Shown: positions 1 through 11,094 of the stretch, in pieces
How positions within the stretch are numbered: position 1 is the first letter of the stretch
Layout of the letters: the number at the start of each line of letters is the position of its first letter
From: Candidatus Poribacteria bacterium
Lineage (GTDB): Bacteria > Poribacteria > WGA-4E > WGA-3G
Direction of reading: 5' to 3'
DNA length: 64,000 nucleotides
Assembly: GCA_963663765.2 (NCBI GenBank)
Contig: CAXXUA010000013.1
Location: forward strand, 1 to 64,000
Made by a program: the position numbers and the translations under genes
Notes under the pieces: model-generated
Databases searched by the model: none
What the model was told of the DNA's origin: nothing
Seen by the model: only the letters and a program-made list of their open reading frames with translations

Positions 1-169
1 GGCAATGATGTATAAACTCTTGAAGGTTACTGAATTTGATGATATATTGAATATATTCAAACGAAAAATACACAAACAATAGTAATGAGACCAGGACTTA
101 CGCAGTTTTCACGATCCAATCAAGAATTAAGACGAAAACGATGTAATTTACAGCATTTTTTAGGTTTCC

Positions 170-194
170 GGCGCGCTTACAAAGCACGCCTACC
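170..194 (-). repeat. Single REP-like palindrome, same family as the 31-bp array at 17.7 kb
   Basis: ggcgcgcttacaaagcacgcctacc, which reads GTAG + imperfect hairpin on the minus strand. Confidence 0.8.
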
Positions 195-230
195 GTTGGG
201 TGCGTAAGTCCTGGAGAAATTAGGTTGATT

Positions 231-1010
231 ATGCTAACAAAACGTATTATTCCATGTTTAGATGTTCGTGATGGAAAGGTGACAAAAGGCATAGCCTTCA
301 AAGGGAATGTTGATGTGGGTGATCCTGTTGAGATGGCGCGGTTTTATTATGATGGTGGCGCTGATGAGCTTGTCTTTTACGACATAACTGCAAGCAATGA
401 ACGACGTGATATTATGATAGATGTTGTTTCGGCAGTTGCGTCAGAAATATTCATTCCATTTTCTGTTGGTGGTGGGTTGCGCACACTTGAAGATATGCGG
501 CGAGTACTACTTGCAGGTGCTGAAAAGGTGAGTATAGATTCAGGAGCAGTGCGAAATCCAGACATAATTGCTGAAGGAGCGCGCGCATTTGGAAGTCAAT
601 GTGTTGTACTGAGCATGCAAGTGAAAAAGGTTGAAAAAAGCGAACTGATACCAAGCGGCTATGAAATCTATATTGATGGTGGACGAAAACCTATCGGTTG
701 GGATGCACTGGAATGGGCAAAAAAAGGTGTGGACTTAGGTGCTGGAGAAATAGTCGTAAACAGTATTGATGCAGATGGCACTAAAGCAGGATATGAGTTA
801 GACTTAACAGGTGCGATTGCAGACCTTGTTTCTGTACCTGTCATTGCTTCTGGGGGTGCAGGCAATCCAAAACATTTGCGTGATGTTTTTGTCCAAAGCA
901 ATGCGGATGCTGCAATTGTCGCTTCTATTACGCACTATGGGGAATTCACAATTGATAGCATCAAGAACTATCTAAAAGATGAGGGTGTCAGTGTGCGTGA
1001 TACATGGTAA
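231..1010 (+). CDS. hisF: Imidazole glycerol phosphate synthase cyclase subunit HisF
   Basis: [56 protein letters not shown] motifs; ATG at 231. Confidence 0.97.
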   Translation: MLTKRIIPCLDVRDGKVTKGIAFKGNVDVGDPVEMARFYYDGGADELVFYDITASNERRDIMIDVVSAVASEIFIPFSVGGGLRTLEDMRRVLLAGAEKVSIDSGAVRNPDIIAEGARAFGSQCVVLSMQVKKVEKSELIPSGYEIYIDGGRKPIGWDALEWAKKGVDLGAGEIVVNSIDADGTKAGYELDLTGAIADLVSVPVIASGGAGNPKHLRDVFVQSNADAAIVASITHYGEFTIDSIKNYLKDEGVSVRDTW

Positions 1011-1371
1011 GGAAATCAAAATGTATTTTTTCTCTTGATTTAAACCTGAAGTGCATGAAGTTATATATATGAGGGTATAAACCAAATAATGATGCAAAAG
1101 TTCACAGTCCTCAAAACTGTGTTGTATCAAAACCATTTTCTAAATGTTATCATATTTTACAGAAGGAGTCAATGTAATTTATCTTATCCCATTTCTAATT
1201 GATAATGCCTCTTTATTGTAGCATAAACTTACAGTTTGTGTCCATTTCTGTTTCATTTGTAACAGTAGGTAATGAGAGAGACAATTAATAGAAATGGTAT
1301 TATTACACGATTTTTATTGACTTAGACATCGTCAATCTGTATCCTTTATAATAACAGTTCACTTCTACCCA

Positions 1372-2116
1372 GTGGATTTCATGAATAGTTGTCCAAGATG
1401 TCAAAATAAGCACTTAGTGAAAAATGGGTTCGTCAACGAAAATCAACGCTATAAATGCAATCGTTGTGGGTATCAATGGACACCCACGACACCCCGAGGA
1501 CACCCACGCGCGACTAAAAGGTTGTCTGTGTTTTTATATTGTCATGGTATTTCAATGCATGCTATTTCATAACTTTTGAAGTCTCTGTAACTGCTGTACT
1601 GGAATGGATACGTACCTTCATAAAACAGCATGCATCTAAACCCATGCTTTCACCCGACCCCTTGTTGTCTTAGAACTCAATGAGATGTGGCACTATGTCA
1701 GGAACAAGAATGACTTTTGGAAAAGGAAGGCACTTGATAGAATACCGGACATCTCATAGATTGGGAATGTGCGGACGCAACAAAAAATACTTGAGACACC
1801 CACAACACGCCTTACTGCAATAGATGTTAGAGTATATTTTACTGATAAACGGCACGTTCATGAAACTATAATGCCTGCTTCAAAACATGTTCAGACGAAA
1901 TCAGAAACGCATCGGATAGAACGTTATAACTGCTTAATGAGACATTGGTTCAGACGCTTCAAACGCAAATCCAATATTGTTTCAAAAAGCGTGCAGATGG
2001 TGGACCTAACGATTGCTTTGTTTGCACGTTTTCGTATCAATTGCAACGTATTTGATATTTTAAATACCAGCGATATAGCCCGGAATATCATTATTTATGG
2101 TAAATTATGGAATTAA
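1372..2116 (+). pseudogene. Degraded IS1-family transposase (InsA zinc ribbon + InsB remnants)
   Basis: CPRCQNKHLVKNG...QRYKCNRCG; ELNEMWHYV near 1672-1700; YFTD...ETHRIERYN...FKRKS...SKS; broken by stops and frameshifts. Confidence 0.85.
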
Positions 2117-2123
2117 TTACACA

Positions 2124-2218
2124 CTTGTATTCGGTAGTAGCGACCTCCTGGTCGCGACCGTATAGAGGACATGAATCAAGACAGTCGTGTCTAGGAGGTC
2201 GCTCCTACCGAATACAAG
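2124..2218. repeat. Inverted REP doublet (REPIN-like), GGTAGGAGCGACCTCC family
   Basis: cttgtattcggtagtagcgacctcct ... aggaggtcgctcctaccgaatacaag. Confidence 0.8.
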
Positions 2219-2312
2219 AGGCAAAATAAATAACACACCTACCAAAGCAGCTAACTGAAAGCAATGTAAAATTATTTTCATATTTCACCATAGTTAACAC
2301 CCTTGAAAATAA

Positions 2313-4541
2313 ATGGAGATTAAAATTATGAGAAAAAGATACTTAATGATTCTATTAACGATATTCTTATCGGTCACAAATAGTTTTGCCCAAGATGCAT
2401 CAAACTTGGGTTTACCGGATGGTGCAAGGGCGCAGCTTGGGAATGGTAAGATAACTAGTAATATTACATACTCACCAGATGGTGATAAATTGGTTGTGGC
2501 AACTAATTTTAGTGTGCTGACTTTTGATACAAAGACAGGTGAAGAATTGGACAAATTTGCTGGTCATACAGCGTCTGTCAATAGCGTCGCATTTAGTCCT
2601 GATGGTACAGTGCTTGCAAGTGGAGGTAATGACGAAACCATCCGTTTGTGGAACGCAAACACAAAAGAACATATACGCACGTTATCGGGTACTGTAGCCC
2701 CAGTCAGCAACGTATCGTTTAGTCCGGATGGCAACACAATCATAAATGGGAATGGCGATTATACTGTCTGTTTGTGGAATGCAAATACAGGTGAACATAT
2801 CCGAACATTAACAGGACATACGGACCGGGTCTATAGCGTTGCATTTAGTCCAGATGGCAACACAATCGCAAGCGGGAGTGGAGACAAAACCATCCGTCTA
2901 TGGAACACTGATACAGGAGAAAACATACGAACATTAACAGGACATACGGACCGGGTCTATAGCGTTGCATTTAGTCCAGATGGTAACACAATCGCAAGTG
3001 TAAGTGGGGTAAACACCATCCAACTGTGGAATGCAAATACAGGTGAACATATCCGAACATTAACAGGACATACGGGCAGGGTCTATAGCGCTGCATTTAG
3101 TCCAGATGGCAACACAATCGCAAGCGGGTGTGGAGACAAAACCATCCGTCTATGGAACACTGATACAGGAGAAAACATACGAACAATCACTGGTGTTGAG
3201 TCCGATATTAGTGGTGTATCATTTAGTCCTGATGGTAATACAATCGCAAGTGTAAGTTGGGTAAACACCATCCAACTGTGGAATGTGAATGATGGTGAAA
3301 ATATACGCACAATCACATTAGAAGGTCACGCACATTTTGTCGAAACAGTAGCATTTAGTCCAGATGGCACCATGATCGCAAGTGGTGGTAAAGACAGTAC
3401 AATCCATTTATGGAATGCCAAGAATGGTACACATATACACACACTAAATGAAAGTACTTTCGGTGTCATAACTGTAGCGTTTAGTCCGGATAGTAATACC
3501 CTCGCAAGTGGAGGTATTGAGCGTGATATCCGCTTGTGGGATGCAAACACAGGAGACCATATCCGAACATTATCAGGACATACGAGTGAAATCTATAGTT
3601 TATCATTTAGTCCTGATGGGAACATACTTGTCAGTGGAAGTCGTGACAGAAGCATCCGTTTGTGGAACGCAACCACAGGAGATATTATCCGCACACTGAC
3701 AGGACATACGGGTTGGATCAACAGCATCTCTTTTAGTCCGGATGGGGACATGTTTGTCAGTGGAAGTGAGGACAGTACAATCCGCTTTTGGAATACAACC
3801 ACAGGAGCACATATACGGACACTATCAGGACATACGGGTGGGGTCAAAAGCGTCTCTTTTAGTCCGGATGGTACAGTGCTTGCAAGCGTAAGTTCGGACA
3901 ATACCATTCGTATGTGGAATGTGGAAGATGGTAATCATATCCGCACACTATCAGAGAATATTAACGGGTCAGGTCGTGGCAATACATTTAGTCCTGATGG
4001 GAATACAATTGCAGCCCCAGGTACATTATTTCTTGGATCTATCAATTTGTGGAACACAAAAGATGGTTCACTCTTTAAGACACTAACCGGACATCAGGGA
4101 TGGGTTACAAGCATGGCTTTTTCTCCCGACGGACGCACCCTCGCAAGTGCAAGTTATGATTATACTGTGCTGTTGTGGGATATTGAAATTGATGATACGC
4201 GTGCAGTTGATCCAAATGGTAAGACTTACACTAAGTGGAGTAAGATAAAAACGACTGCAGTTTTTCAGAACTATCCTAATCCATTCAATCCTGAGACATG
4301 GATACCCTATCATATTGATAAAACAACTAACGTAAAACTAACGATTTTTGCATTAAACGGTACAGTTGTCCGCAACCTTGAACTTGGATATAAACCATCA
4401 GGCTTTTATCTCGACAAACAACATGCCGCATATTGGGACGGTAAGAATAATTTTGGTGAAACTGTAGCGAGTGGAGTCTATTTCTATACACTGACTGCAG
4501 GAGATTTCACTGCAACAAAAAGGATGTTAATTCTGAAATAA
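2313..4541 (+). CDS. Secreted WD40-repeat protein with C-terminal FlgD-like/T9SS-type-A-like domain
   Basis: Signal peptide (..TNSFAQD); ~13 GH-x-V-x-SVAFSPDG...IRLWN repeats; C-terminal QNYPNPFNPETWIPY...WDGKN...SGVYFY. Confidence 0.92.
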   Translation: MEIKIMRKRYLMILLTIFLSVTNSFAQDASNLGLPDGARAQLGNGKITSNITYSPDGDKLVVATNFSVLTFDTKTGEELDKFAGHTASVNSVAFSPDGTVLASGGNDETIRLWNANTKEHIRTLSGTVAPVSNVSFSPDGNTIINGNGDYTVCLWNANTGEHIRTLTGHTDRVYSVAFSPDGNTIASGSGDKTIRLWNTDTGENIRTLTGHTDRVYSVAFSPDGNTIASVSGVNTIQLWNANTGEHIRTLTGHTGRVYSAAFSPDGNTIASGCGDKTIRLWNTDTGENIRTITGVESDISGVSFSPDGNTIASVSWVNTIQLWNVNDGENIRTITLEGHAHFVETVAFSPDGTMIASGGKDSTIHLWNAKNGTHIHTLNESTFGVITVAFSPDSNTLASGGIERDIRLWDANTGDHIRTLSGHTSEIYSLSFSPDGNILVSGSRDRSIRLWNATTGDIIRTLTGHTGWINSISFSPDGDMFVSGSEDSTIRFWNTTTGAHIRTLSGHTGGVKSVSFSPDGTVLASVSSDNTIRMWNVEDGNHIRTLSENINGSGRGNTFSPDGNTIAAPGTLFLGSINLWNTKDGSLFKTLTGHQGWVTSMAFSPDGRTLASASYDYTVLLWDIEIDDTRAVDPNGKTYTKWSKIKTTAVFQNYPNPFNPETWIPYHIDKTTNVKLTIFALNGTVVRNLELGYKPSGFYLDKQHAAYWDGKNNFGETVASGVYFYTLTAGDFTATKRMLILK

Positions 4542-4587
4542 ATTCAATAAAAGTTAATTACTGGTTAATTACTGAAGGAATCACGAA

Positions 4588-5175
4588 ATGGAAATATCGC
4601 GCAGTATTCGGAGTGCGTTGTTAGACGCACAAAACTCACTCAATCAGTTTATACAGAATCCTAACAATATCACTGTAATTGCAGAGACGGTTGCCTTGAT
4701 GTGCAAAGTATTTGAGAATCAATCTAAGATATTTACTTGTGGTAATGGTGGGAGTATGTGTGATGCTGTCCACTTTGCAGAAGAATGTACTGGCAAGTTT
4801 CGAGACAACAGGAAACCCCTACCTGTGATAACATTGAATGATCCAGCACACATCACTTGTACAGCAAACGATTTCGGTTTTTCTGAGGTATTCGCGCGTC
4901 CAGTATTGGCATTGGGTGGTATAGGCGATATGTTAGTTGTGTTATCAACGAGTGGGAATTCTGAAAATATTATACGTGCAGCAGAGGCAGCAAAGACTAA
5001 AAAGATGCATGTGTTCGGACTACTTGGGAGAGATGGAGGAAAACTAAAACACCGCTGCAATAGTTATCTAATCGCACCTGGAGAGACAGCGGACAGAATA
5101 CAAGAAATACATATAAAAGTTTTGCATATTCTGATTGAACATGTTGAGCGGTTAATGTTTCCTGAGAACTATTGA
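4588..5175 (+). CDS. gmhA: Sedoheptulose-7-phosphate isomerase (SIS domain)
   Basis: CGNGGSMCDAVHFAEE, ANDFGF, STSGNS, DRIQEIH motifs. Confidence 0.93.
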   Translation: MEISRSIRSALLDAQNSLNQFIQNPNNITVIAETVALMCKVFENQSKIFTCGNGGSMCDAVHFAEECTGKFRDNRKPLPVITLNDPAHITCTANDFGFSEVFARPVLALGGIGDMLVVLSTSGNSENIIRAAEAAKTKKMHVFGLLGRDGGKLKHRCNSYLIAPGETADRIQEIHIKVLHILIEHVERLMFPENY

Positions 5176-5200
5176 CAAAATTATACGTTTCTGATACTAT
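5172..5200 (+). promoter_or_regulatory. Sigma70-type promoter for the symporter operon
   Basis: TTGACA (5172-5177), 17 bp spacer, TG-n-TACTAT (5195-5200). Confidence 0.65.
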
Positions 5201-5245
5201 TGAACTCTTACTTGAAATATAATCTACAACACAGACAGCATCACA

Positions 5246-5545
5246 ATGGAGGGTAACTTATTGACGACATCTGAAAAAAACCGCGCATATTGGCGGAAAA
5301 ACCTTCAATATCTTGCTATCCTACTTGGAATCTGGTTCGTCACATCATATTTGTGTTCAATAGTTTTTGTTGAGCAACTGGACAAAATAAGGTTCGGTGG
5401 TTATAGACTCGGATTTTATTTTGCACAACAAGCATCTATTTGGATTTTCGTTGAACTTATTTTTGTCTATGCATGGTTAATGAACCGTTTAGAAAAGAAA
5501 TTTCGTGCAGAACAAGATAATGGGGAGGAATCAGAAGAAGCATGA
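5246..5545 (+). CDS. DUF4212 small membrane subunit of a solute:sodium symporter
   Basis: AYWRKNL...IWF...LGFYFAQQ; two TM segments; overlaps the start of the SSS gene. Confidence 0.88.
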   Translation: MEGNLLTTSEKNRAYWRKNLQYLAILLGIWFVTSYLCSIVFVEQLDKIRFGGYRLGFYFAQQASIWIFVELIFVYAWLMNRLEKKFRAEQDNGEESEEA

Positions 5546-7233
5546 ATGTACAAGCTTGGACATTCGTCATGGTGGGCATCTCCTTCGCTCTGTATATCGG
5601 TGTTGCCATCTGGTCAAAAGCACGTTCCACAGGAGACTTTTATGTTGCTGGAAGTAACGTGCATCCAATAGTCAATGGAATGGCGACGGCTGCAGACTGG
5701 ATGAGTGCTGCCTCTTTTATTTCAATGGCAGGTATGATCGCATTTCTCGGACGCGATGGATCGGTCTACTTGTTGGGATGGACTGGTGGGTACGTTCTGC
5801 TTGCACTCCTAATTGCACCCTATCTGCGGAAATTCGGAAAATACACAGTACCTGATTTTGTTGGTGACAGATATTATTCTCAGTTAGCACGTATAGTTGC
5901 TGTTGTATGCGCAATTTTTGTCTCCTTTACTTACGTTGCAGGACAGATGCGTGGTGTTGGAATTGTGTTTTCTCGGTTCCTCAATGTTAATGTTACCATG
6001 GGTGTCGTTATCGGCATGGGAATCGTCTTTTTCTATGCTGTGCTTGGAGGTATGAAGGGTATCACATATACACAAGTTGCACAGTATTGTGTTCTGATTT
6101 TTGCATACCTTGTACCTGCAATATTCATATCAATTTTAGTAACCAATAATCCTATACCGCAGTTGGGTTTGGGGGCAGCAGATGAATCAGGTGTTTACCT
6201 TTTAGAACGACTAAATGGACTGCATGAAGCACTGGGTTTTGATAGGTACACAGATGGAACAAAATCTACTATAGATGTCTTTTTTATAACTGCTGCTCTC
6301 ATGTTAGGTACTGCAGGACTACCGCACGTAATTATTCGCTTTTATACAGTTCGAAAGGCATCAGAAGCACGAATTTCTGCAGGTTGGGCATTGCTTTTCA
6401 TTGCTATTCTCTACACAACAGCACCAGCAGTGGCAATTTATGCACGCACGAATCTACTAACGACAGTAACTCAAGAACAAGATGGACAATTAGTAGGTGC
6501 TAAGTATGAAGATATGCCAGAATGGTTCAAGAACTGGGAAAAAACAGATTTAATTAAATTCAATGATATAAATGAAGACGGAGTGATACAGTATCGTGGG
6601 GCAAAATCTGACATAGAGAATGAGTTGGAAATTGATCCTGATATTATGGTGTTGGCGAATCCAGAAATTGCTAATCTACCGAATTGGATTGTAGGTTTAG
6701 TTGCTGCAGGTGGCTTGGCGGCTGCCCTGTCAACAGCTGCTGGATTGCTTTTGGTTATATCAACAGCAATAGCACATGACCTACTAAAAGGTTGTATCAA
6801 ACCAGACTTATCCGAAAAAAACGAACTCTTTGCAGCACGAATTGCAGCAGGTTTTGCAGTCTGTATCGCTGGATATCTGGGGATAAATCCACCGGGATTC
6901 GTATCACAAGTCGTTGCTTTTGCGTTTGGACTCGCCGCAAGTTCGTTCTTCCCCGCAATCGTCCTGGGTATCTTTTCAAAACGGATGAACAAAGCTGGGG
7001 CAGTTGCTGGTATGATAGTCGGTATTACCTTTACTGCAGCATATATTATATTCTTCAATTATATCAATACAGACCTAAACACACCAGAAAACTGGTTATG
7101 GGGTATTTCCCCAGAAGGTATCGGTACTATCGGTATGATACTAAACTTTATCGTTGCTATAGTCGTGTCTAAATACACATCACCACCACCAGATGAGGTG
7201 CAAACATTGGTGGAAGATATACGCGTTCCATAA
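5542..7233 (+). CDS. Sodium:solute symporter, ActP-like (cation/acetate-type subfamily)
   Basis: NGMATAADWMSAASF, GGMKGITYTQVAQY, GTAGLPH, AAALSTAAGLL; ~13 TM segments. Confidence 0.93.
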   Translation: MNVQAWTFVMVGISFALYIGVAIWSKARSTGDFYVAGSNVHPIVNGMATAADWMSAASFISMAGMIAFLGRDGSVYLLGWTGGYVLLALLIAPYLRKFGKYTVPDFVGDRYYSQLARIVAVVCAIFVSFTYVAGQMRGVGIVFSRFLNVNVTMGVVIGMGIVFFYAVLGGMKGITYTQVAQYCVLIFAYLVPAIFISILVTNNPIPQLGLGAADESGVYLLERLNGLHEALGFDRYTDGTKSTIDVFFITAALMLGTAGLPHVIIRFYTVRKASEARISAGWALLFIAILYTTAPAVAIYARTNLLTTVTQEQDGQLVGAKYEDMPEWFKNWEKTDLIKFNDINEDGVIQYRGAKSDIENELEIDPDIMVLANPEIANLPNWIVGLVAAGGLAAALSTAAGLLLVISTAIAHDLLKGCIKPDLSEKNELFAARIAAGFAVCIAGYLGINPPGFVSQVVAFAFGLAASSFFPAIVLGIFSKRMNKAGAVAGMIVGITFTAAYIIFFNYINTDLNTPENWLWGISPEGIGTIGMILNFIVAIVVSKYTSPPPDEVQTLVEDIRVP

Positions 7234-7245
7234 TATGGAGGCTAA

Positions 7246-8934
7246 TTGATGAAAACTAAAATCATTTTACAAAGGCTTGAATCATTTTTATTACCTTACC
7301 AATATATATTAACCAATATCCTTCTTGCGACACTCATTTTTAGTATTCCTGTTTCAGGATATGCAGCCAAAGTAACTGACTTTATACCAAAAGACAGTAT
7401 CATCTATGGTGAATTTAACAATTTAGATGAAATCGTCAGTGAGTTAAGTATGTCAGAGAATTGGGACAATCTAAAAAACCAGCTCATAGATGAACAAGAG
7501 ATGCAGGAAATGCAAGAAGGAATTCTGTTTATTGAAAACATCATTGGCGCAGATCTTTTCAGTGTAATAGACTCAGTCGGATACCAAATTGGTGTAGCAA
7601 TGTGGCAGCGAACCATCGGTCAACCCCGTGGTGGATTTGTTATTCATTCAGGAGGTAACCTTGCTGAATTACAACGATTAACCAATATCTTAACAGGATT
7701 TATTGGTATGTCAGGCGGGACATTAAAAATAGATGCGGGGGAACATAGAGATGTAAAATATAGCATACTTGAAACCCCAGATACTGTTGATATAACTTAT
7801 GGTTTTGTCGGAGATTTTCTCGTTGTCGGTATAGGACCTAGTAGTTTTCAAAAATTTATTGATACCTATCGAAAGAAATCTGAATCAATCAAGCAAAATC
7901 AATCCTTTACAGAAGTTTTTGATAAAATAAAATCTGATCAAGTAAAAGTATATTGTAATCTCCAAAGAATTCTGACTTTAATGGACGATATTGACACAAA
8001 CATTCGTGTTCAACTACAAGCATTCTCTAAGATAGGTGCAGGTCTCAATCTATTGGAAGTAGGACCGTTACTTCAAGTGTATACAAAATTTGATTCAAAT
8101 TTTCCTGAAAGCATCCCTACACGTTTTCTAAAGGCGGGTCAAGAGTTAAATACACTGAACAGTTTATCTGGTGATGAAGAATTATTTGTGGCAGTTGCCC
8201 CAGGTATACTGGAAACCGGATGGGAGATGATGCAAGACGCATTAGCAAACGATGACTCCGATGAAGCCAATCAGTTTATATCCTATCTGGAAGGATTGCT
8301 GAATCTAAATTTTGAAGAAGATGTAATTGCCAGTTTAACGGGTGAAGTCGCACTCTCTGTCAACGATTTAGCAATGTTTGAACCAAATGCATTGAATAGT
8401 CTTGATGTTCAATTAGAAAACAGCCTTTATGTTGATGCAGCTAACGTTCATACACCCGGTAGTCTCATTTTCTCCCCAAGCAAACCGCAAAAATGGGAAC
8501 AATTGGGAAATAGTCTTTCCAACTTACAGAACACATCAATTTCAAAATATCAATACAAGGGAACTGATGTGTCAGTATTCGCTTCTAATATACACTATGT
8601 TGAGAAGGATGGATTATCTTTTTTATGTTTTTCTGAAGAACAGATGCAATCAAACATTGATGGACTCGGAAAAAAAGAGAAACCGTCTTTCCTAAAGAAG
8701 GTACCGAAAGCACCACTTGCAGTAGCAACAATCAATCTATTGAAATTATTGGAGTTAACTGCTGGAGCAATACCAATTGATGAATTAGATAAATTACCTG
8801 ATGATTTATCTTCAATAGTAGCGTGGATAACAGTGAATAATAATCAAGGTATGTTAGAAGTCTTGCTATCTGACAAGAAACCACCTCTTCAGGTATTGGT
8901 AGAGCTTGCACCGTTTATAATTAACATGAAATAA
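7246..8934 (+). CDS. Exported protein, DUF3352-like
   Basis: Signal-like N-terminus, TDFIPKDS, L-N-FEEDV-x-x-LTGEVAL pattern; long ORF with RBS ggagg. Confidence 0.55.
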   Translation: MMKTKIILQRLESFLLPYQYILTNILLATLIFSIPVSGYAAKVTDFIPKDSIIYGEFNNLDEIVSELSMSENWDNLKNQLIDEQEMQEMQEGILFIENIIGADLFSVIDSVGYQIGVAMWQRTIGQPRGGFVIHSGGNLAELQRLTNILTGFIGMSGGTLKIDAGEHRDVKYSILETPDTVDITYGFVGDFLVVGIGPSSFQKFIDTYRKKSESIKQNQSFTEVFDKIKSDQVKVYCNLQRILTLMDDIDTNIRVQLQAFSKIGAGLNLLEVGPLLQVYTKFDSNFPESIPTRFLKAGQELNTLNSLSGDEELFVAVAPGILETGWEMMQDALANDDSDEANQFISYLEGLLNLNFEEDVIASLTGEVALSVNDLAMFEPNALNSLDVQLENSLYVDAANVHTPGSLIFSPSKPQKWEQLGNSLSNLQNTSISKYQYKGTDVSVFASNIHYVEKDGLSFLCFSEEQMQSNIDGLGKKEKPSFLKKVPKAPLAVATINLLKLLELTAGAIPIDELDKLPDDLSSIVAWITVNNNQGMLEVLLSDKKPPLQVLVELAPFIINMK

Positions 8935-9069
8935 ATATTAACGGAACTTGACAAAATAATCCATTTGTGATGTTTTCTGTTAGTAATGAACCTAACCTTA
9001 TGCTACCTTTTCTTTGTTTTTTTCTACAAAGGTCAGCATAAGGTTTAATTGTATTTTTTTGGTGTTGAT

Positions 9070-10440
9070 ATGCATAACGCAATAGTCTTAGCAGCAGGAT
9101 TAGGTAGAAAAGTATGGCCCTACGGCGAATTTCGACAGAAATGCACCATCCCAATTGCAAATAAGCCAATAATCCGTCGAATTGTAGAAAACCTTATTGA
9201 AATAGGTATCACAAGAATTATAGTTGTGGTAGGACATTACGGTCAACAGGTGCGTGGAGCTGTTGCAGATTTGCAAAATGTTGAATTCGTCACACAGAAA
9301 AAACCAGAAGGCACAGCAGACGCTGTTCTAACTGCTCTAAAACTTATAGATGATGAAGATTATCTTGTTGTATATGGAGATATTGTAACCGATCCAAACA
9401 ATATACGTTATATAGTTAAAGAGTTTTACAATCAAAATGCAGAAGTTGCTACATTAGTTCAAACACTTCGCGATGAAGATGCCAGTAATTGGATTTGTGC
9501 CAAAACGAAGAATGGATGTTTAGTCAATATTGAAGGGCATCCGCGGGGAGGTTCACATCGTCTATGCGGTGTATTTGCATTTAAGTCATCTGCAACACGA
9601 TTCCTATTAAGAAATCCAGGGATTGTTACACAAGTGCCAGTAGGAGGAATGCCACCACCTGAAGCTGAAATCGCACAATCTATACAACTGATGATTGATG
9701 ATGGTTTAGATGTATTAGCTATTGATACCAAAGGCTTTTTTGTTGACGTAGATAAACCTTGGCATGTATTGGAAGCAAACCGACATTATGTAGAGTTTCT
9801 GACATCACAAGTTGATGACAACCGCATTGCAAATAGTGCCAAAATATCTAACACTGCAGAAATCAACGGACATGTTGTTTTGGGAGAAGACACAGTAATT
9901 GGACCTCGCGTCGTTGTAGACGGCACTCTTATTGCTGGACCAAATAGTAAAATTACAAACGGTGCAATCGTCAAAGGACAAACGATAATTGGAGACCACT
10001 GTCGTGTCCGAGATTATTGCCTGGTTCAAAGCAGTTCCATCGGCAATAGATGCATTATAGGACATGGAGCTGAAATGTTGGGTGTGTTATTTGATAAGGT
10101 ATATCTCTACCACTATTGTGAAATGTCGGGTGTTTTTGGAAGTGCAACTGATATAGGGGCTGCAACTGTTTGCGGTACATTGCGTTTTGATGACCGTGAC
10201 ACACAGATTGAAGTAGAGGGACGTTACGAAATACCAAATTACGGAGCAAACGAAACTTACATGGGGGATTATTGCCGAACTGGTGTTAATGCAATGATCA
10301 TGCCCGGAAGACGAATAGGGTCATACAGTGTTGTTGGTCCAGGAGTGATCGTCTATGAGGATGTACCCAGTAAGACAATGGTAATGGTAAAACAGGAATT
10401 AGTTTCAAAAAAGTGGGGACCAAATCGTTATGGTTGGTGA
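9070..10440 (+). CDS. Bifunctional sugar-1-phosphate nucleotidyltransferase/acetyltransferase, GlmU-like
   Basis: AIVLAAGLG, GTADAV, VVYGD, DVDKPWHVLEAN, C-terminal hexapeptide repeats. Confidence 0.85.
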   Translation: MHNAIVLAAGLGRKVWPYGEFRQKCTIPIANKPIIRRIVENLIEIGITRIIVVVGHYGQQVRGAVADLQNVEFVTQKKPEGTADAVLTALKLIDDEDYLVVYGDIVTDPNNIRYIVKEFYNQNAEVATLVQTLRDEDASNWICAKTKNGCLVNIEGHPRGGSHRLCGVFAFKSSATRFLLRNPGIVTQVPVGGMPPPEAEIAQSIQLMIDDGLDVLAIDTKGFFVDVDKPWHVLEANRHYVEFLTSQVDDNRIANSAKISNTAEINGHVVLGEDTVIGPRVVVDGTLIAGPNSKITNGAIVKGQTIIGDHCRVRDYCLVQSSSIGNRCIIGHGAEMLGVLFDKVYLYHYCEMSGVFGSATDIGAATVCGTLRFDDRDTQIEVEGRYEIPNYGANETYMGDYCRTGVNAMIMPGRRIGSYSVVGPGVIVYEDVPSKTMVMVKQELVSKKWGPNRYGW

Positions 10441-10478
10441 GATATCGGAGTCTGTAACATAAAAAATACACTTACTAT

Positions 10479-10865
10479 TCAATCGGATAAAAGTTCCTTA
10501 AGCAGTGATGAAAGTTCTTCATTGTCTGCAGCCAATTCAAAGGCACGTTTCTTTTTAGTTTCAAGAGAGTTTTCAGTTGAAGAGGATGAACCCGGTTCCC
10601 AGAGCACTTCAACAGTTTTGGGATTTAAACGATCATAAGTGATTTTGACAAGTGTAAACGGATAATCTTCAGGAATTAGCACGATCCAGTCAATCTTTTC
10701 GCCACGTTCTGTATAGTTTCTATCTACGGTCAATTTTGAATCTTGATAGGGAACATTCTTCTTTATCCACTGTTTTCGACCGAGTGAGTCAACTTCATAG
10801 ACTCCAACCTCAAGCCAATTCCGTCCAGCTCCGTTAGGTTTAGTTGTAACTTCTATACGTTGCAT
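10479..10865 (-). CDS. Hypothetical protein
   Basis: 128-aa ORF with RBS (ggag); no overlap with neighbours; no recognised motif. Confidence 0.7.
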   Translation of the reverse strand: MQRIEVTTKPNGAGRNWLEVGVYEVDSLGRKQWIKKNVPYQDSKLTVDRNYTERGEKIDWIVLIPEDYPFTLVKITYDRLNPKTVEVLWEPGSSSSTENSLETKKKRAFELAADNEELSSLLKELLSD

Positions 10866-11004
10866 ATTTATTCTCCATTTCTAATAACTATTCTTATGGT
10901 TTAGGAACTTGGTCAAAAACATGTAAATTCTAACATGTCGTGGAAAAGAATTCAAGGTAATATCTATTGTGTTAAAGATCATTTAATGTCAGGAATTTAA
11001 TGTG

Positions 11005-11033
11005 TTGACTTCAATATTTGTCAATGATATAAT
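11005..11033 (+). promoter_or_regulatory. Sigma70-type promoter upstream of larA/minCDE
   Basis: TTGACT, 17 bp spacer, TG-n-TATAAT. Confidence 0.7.
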
Positions 11034-11094
11034 CATAATTTGTATAAATTGGAATAGTCATACACACATTTTTTGCAATTAATGGAAATACATT

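Noticed and set aside
2-82. Possible 3' end of an upstream CDS
   Set aside because: Only 26 codons are visible, too short to support a call.
2313-4541. WD40 repeats as diversity-generating retroelement targets
   Set aside because: No reverse transcriptase and no TR/VR pair with adenine-specific differences were seen.
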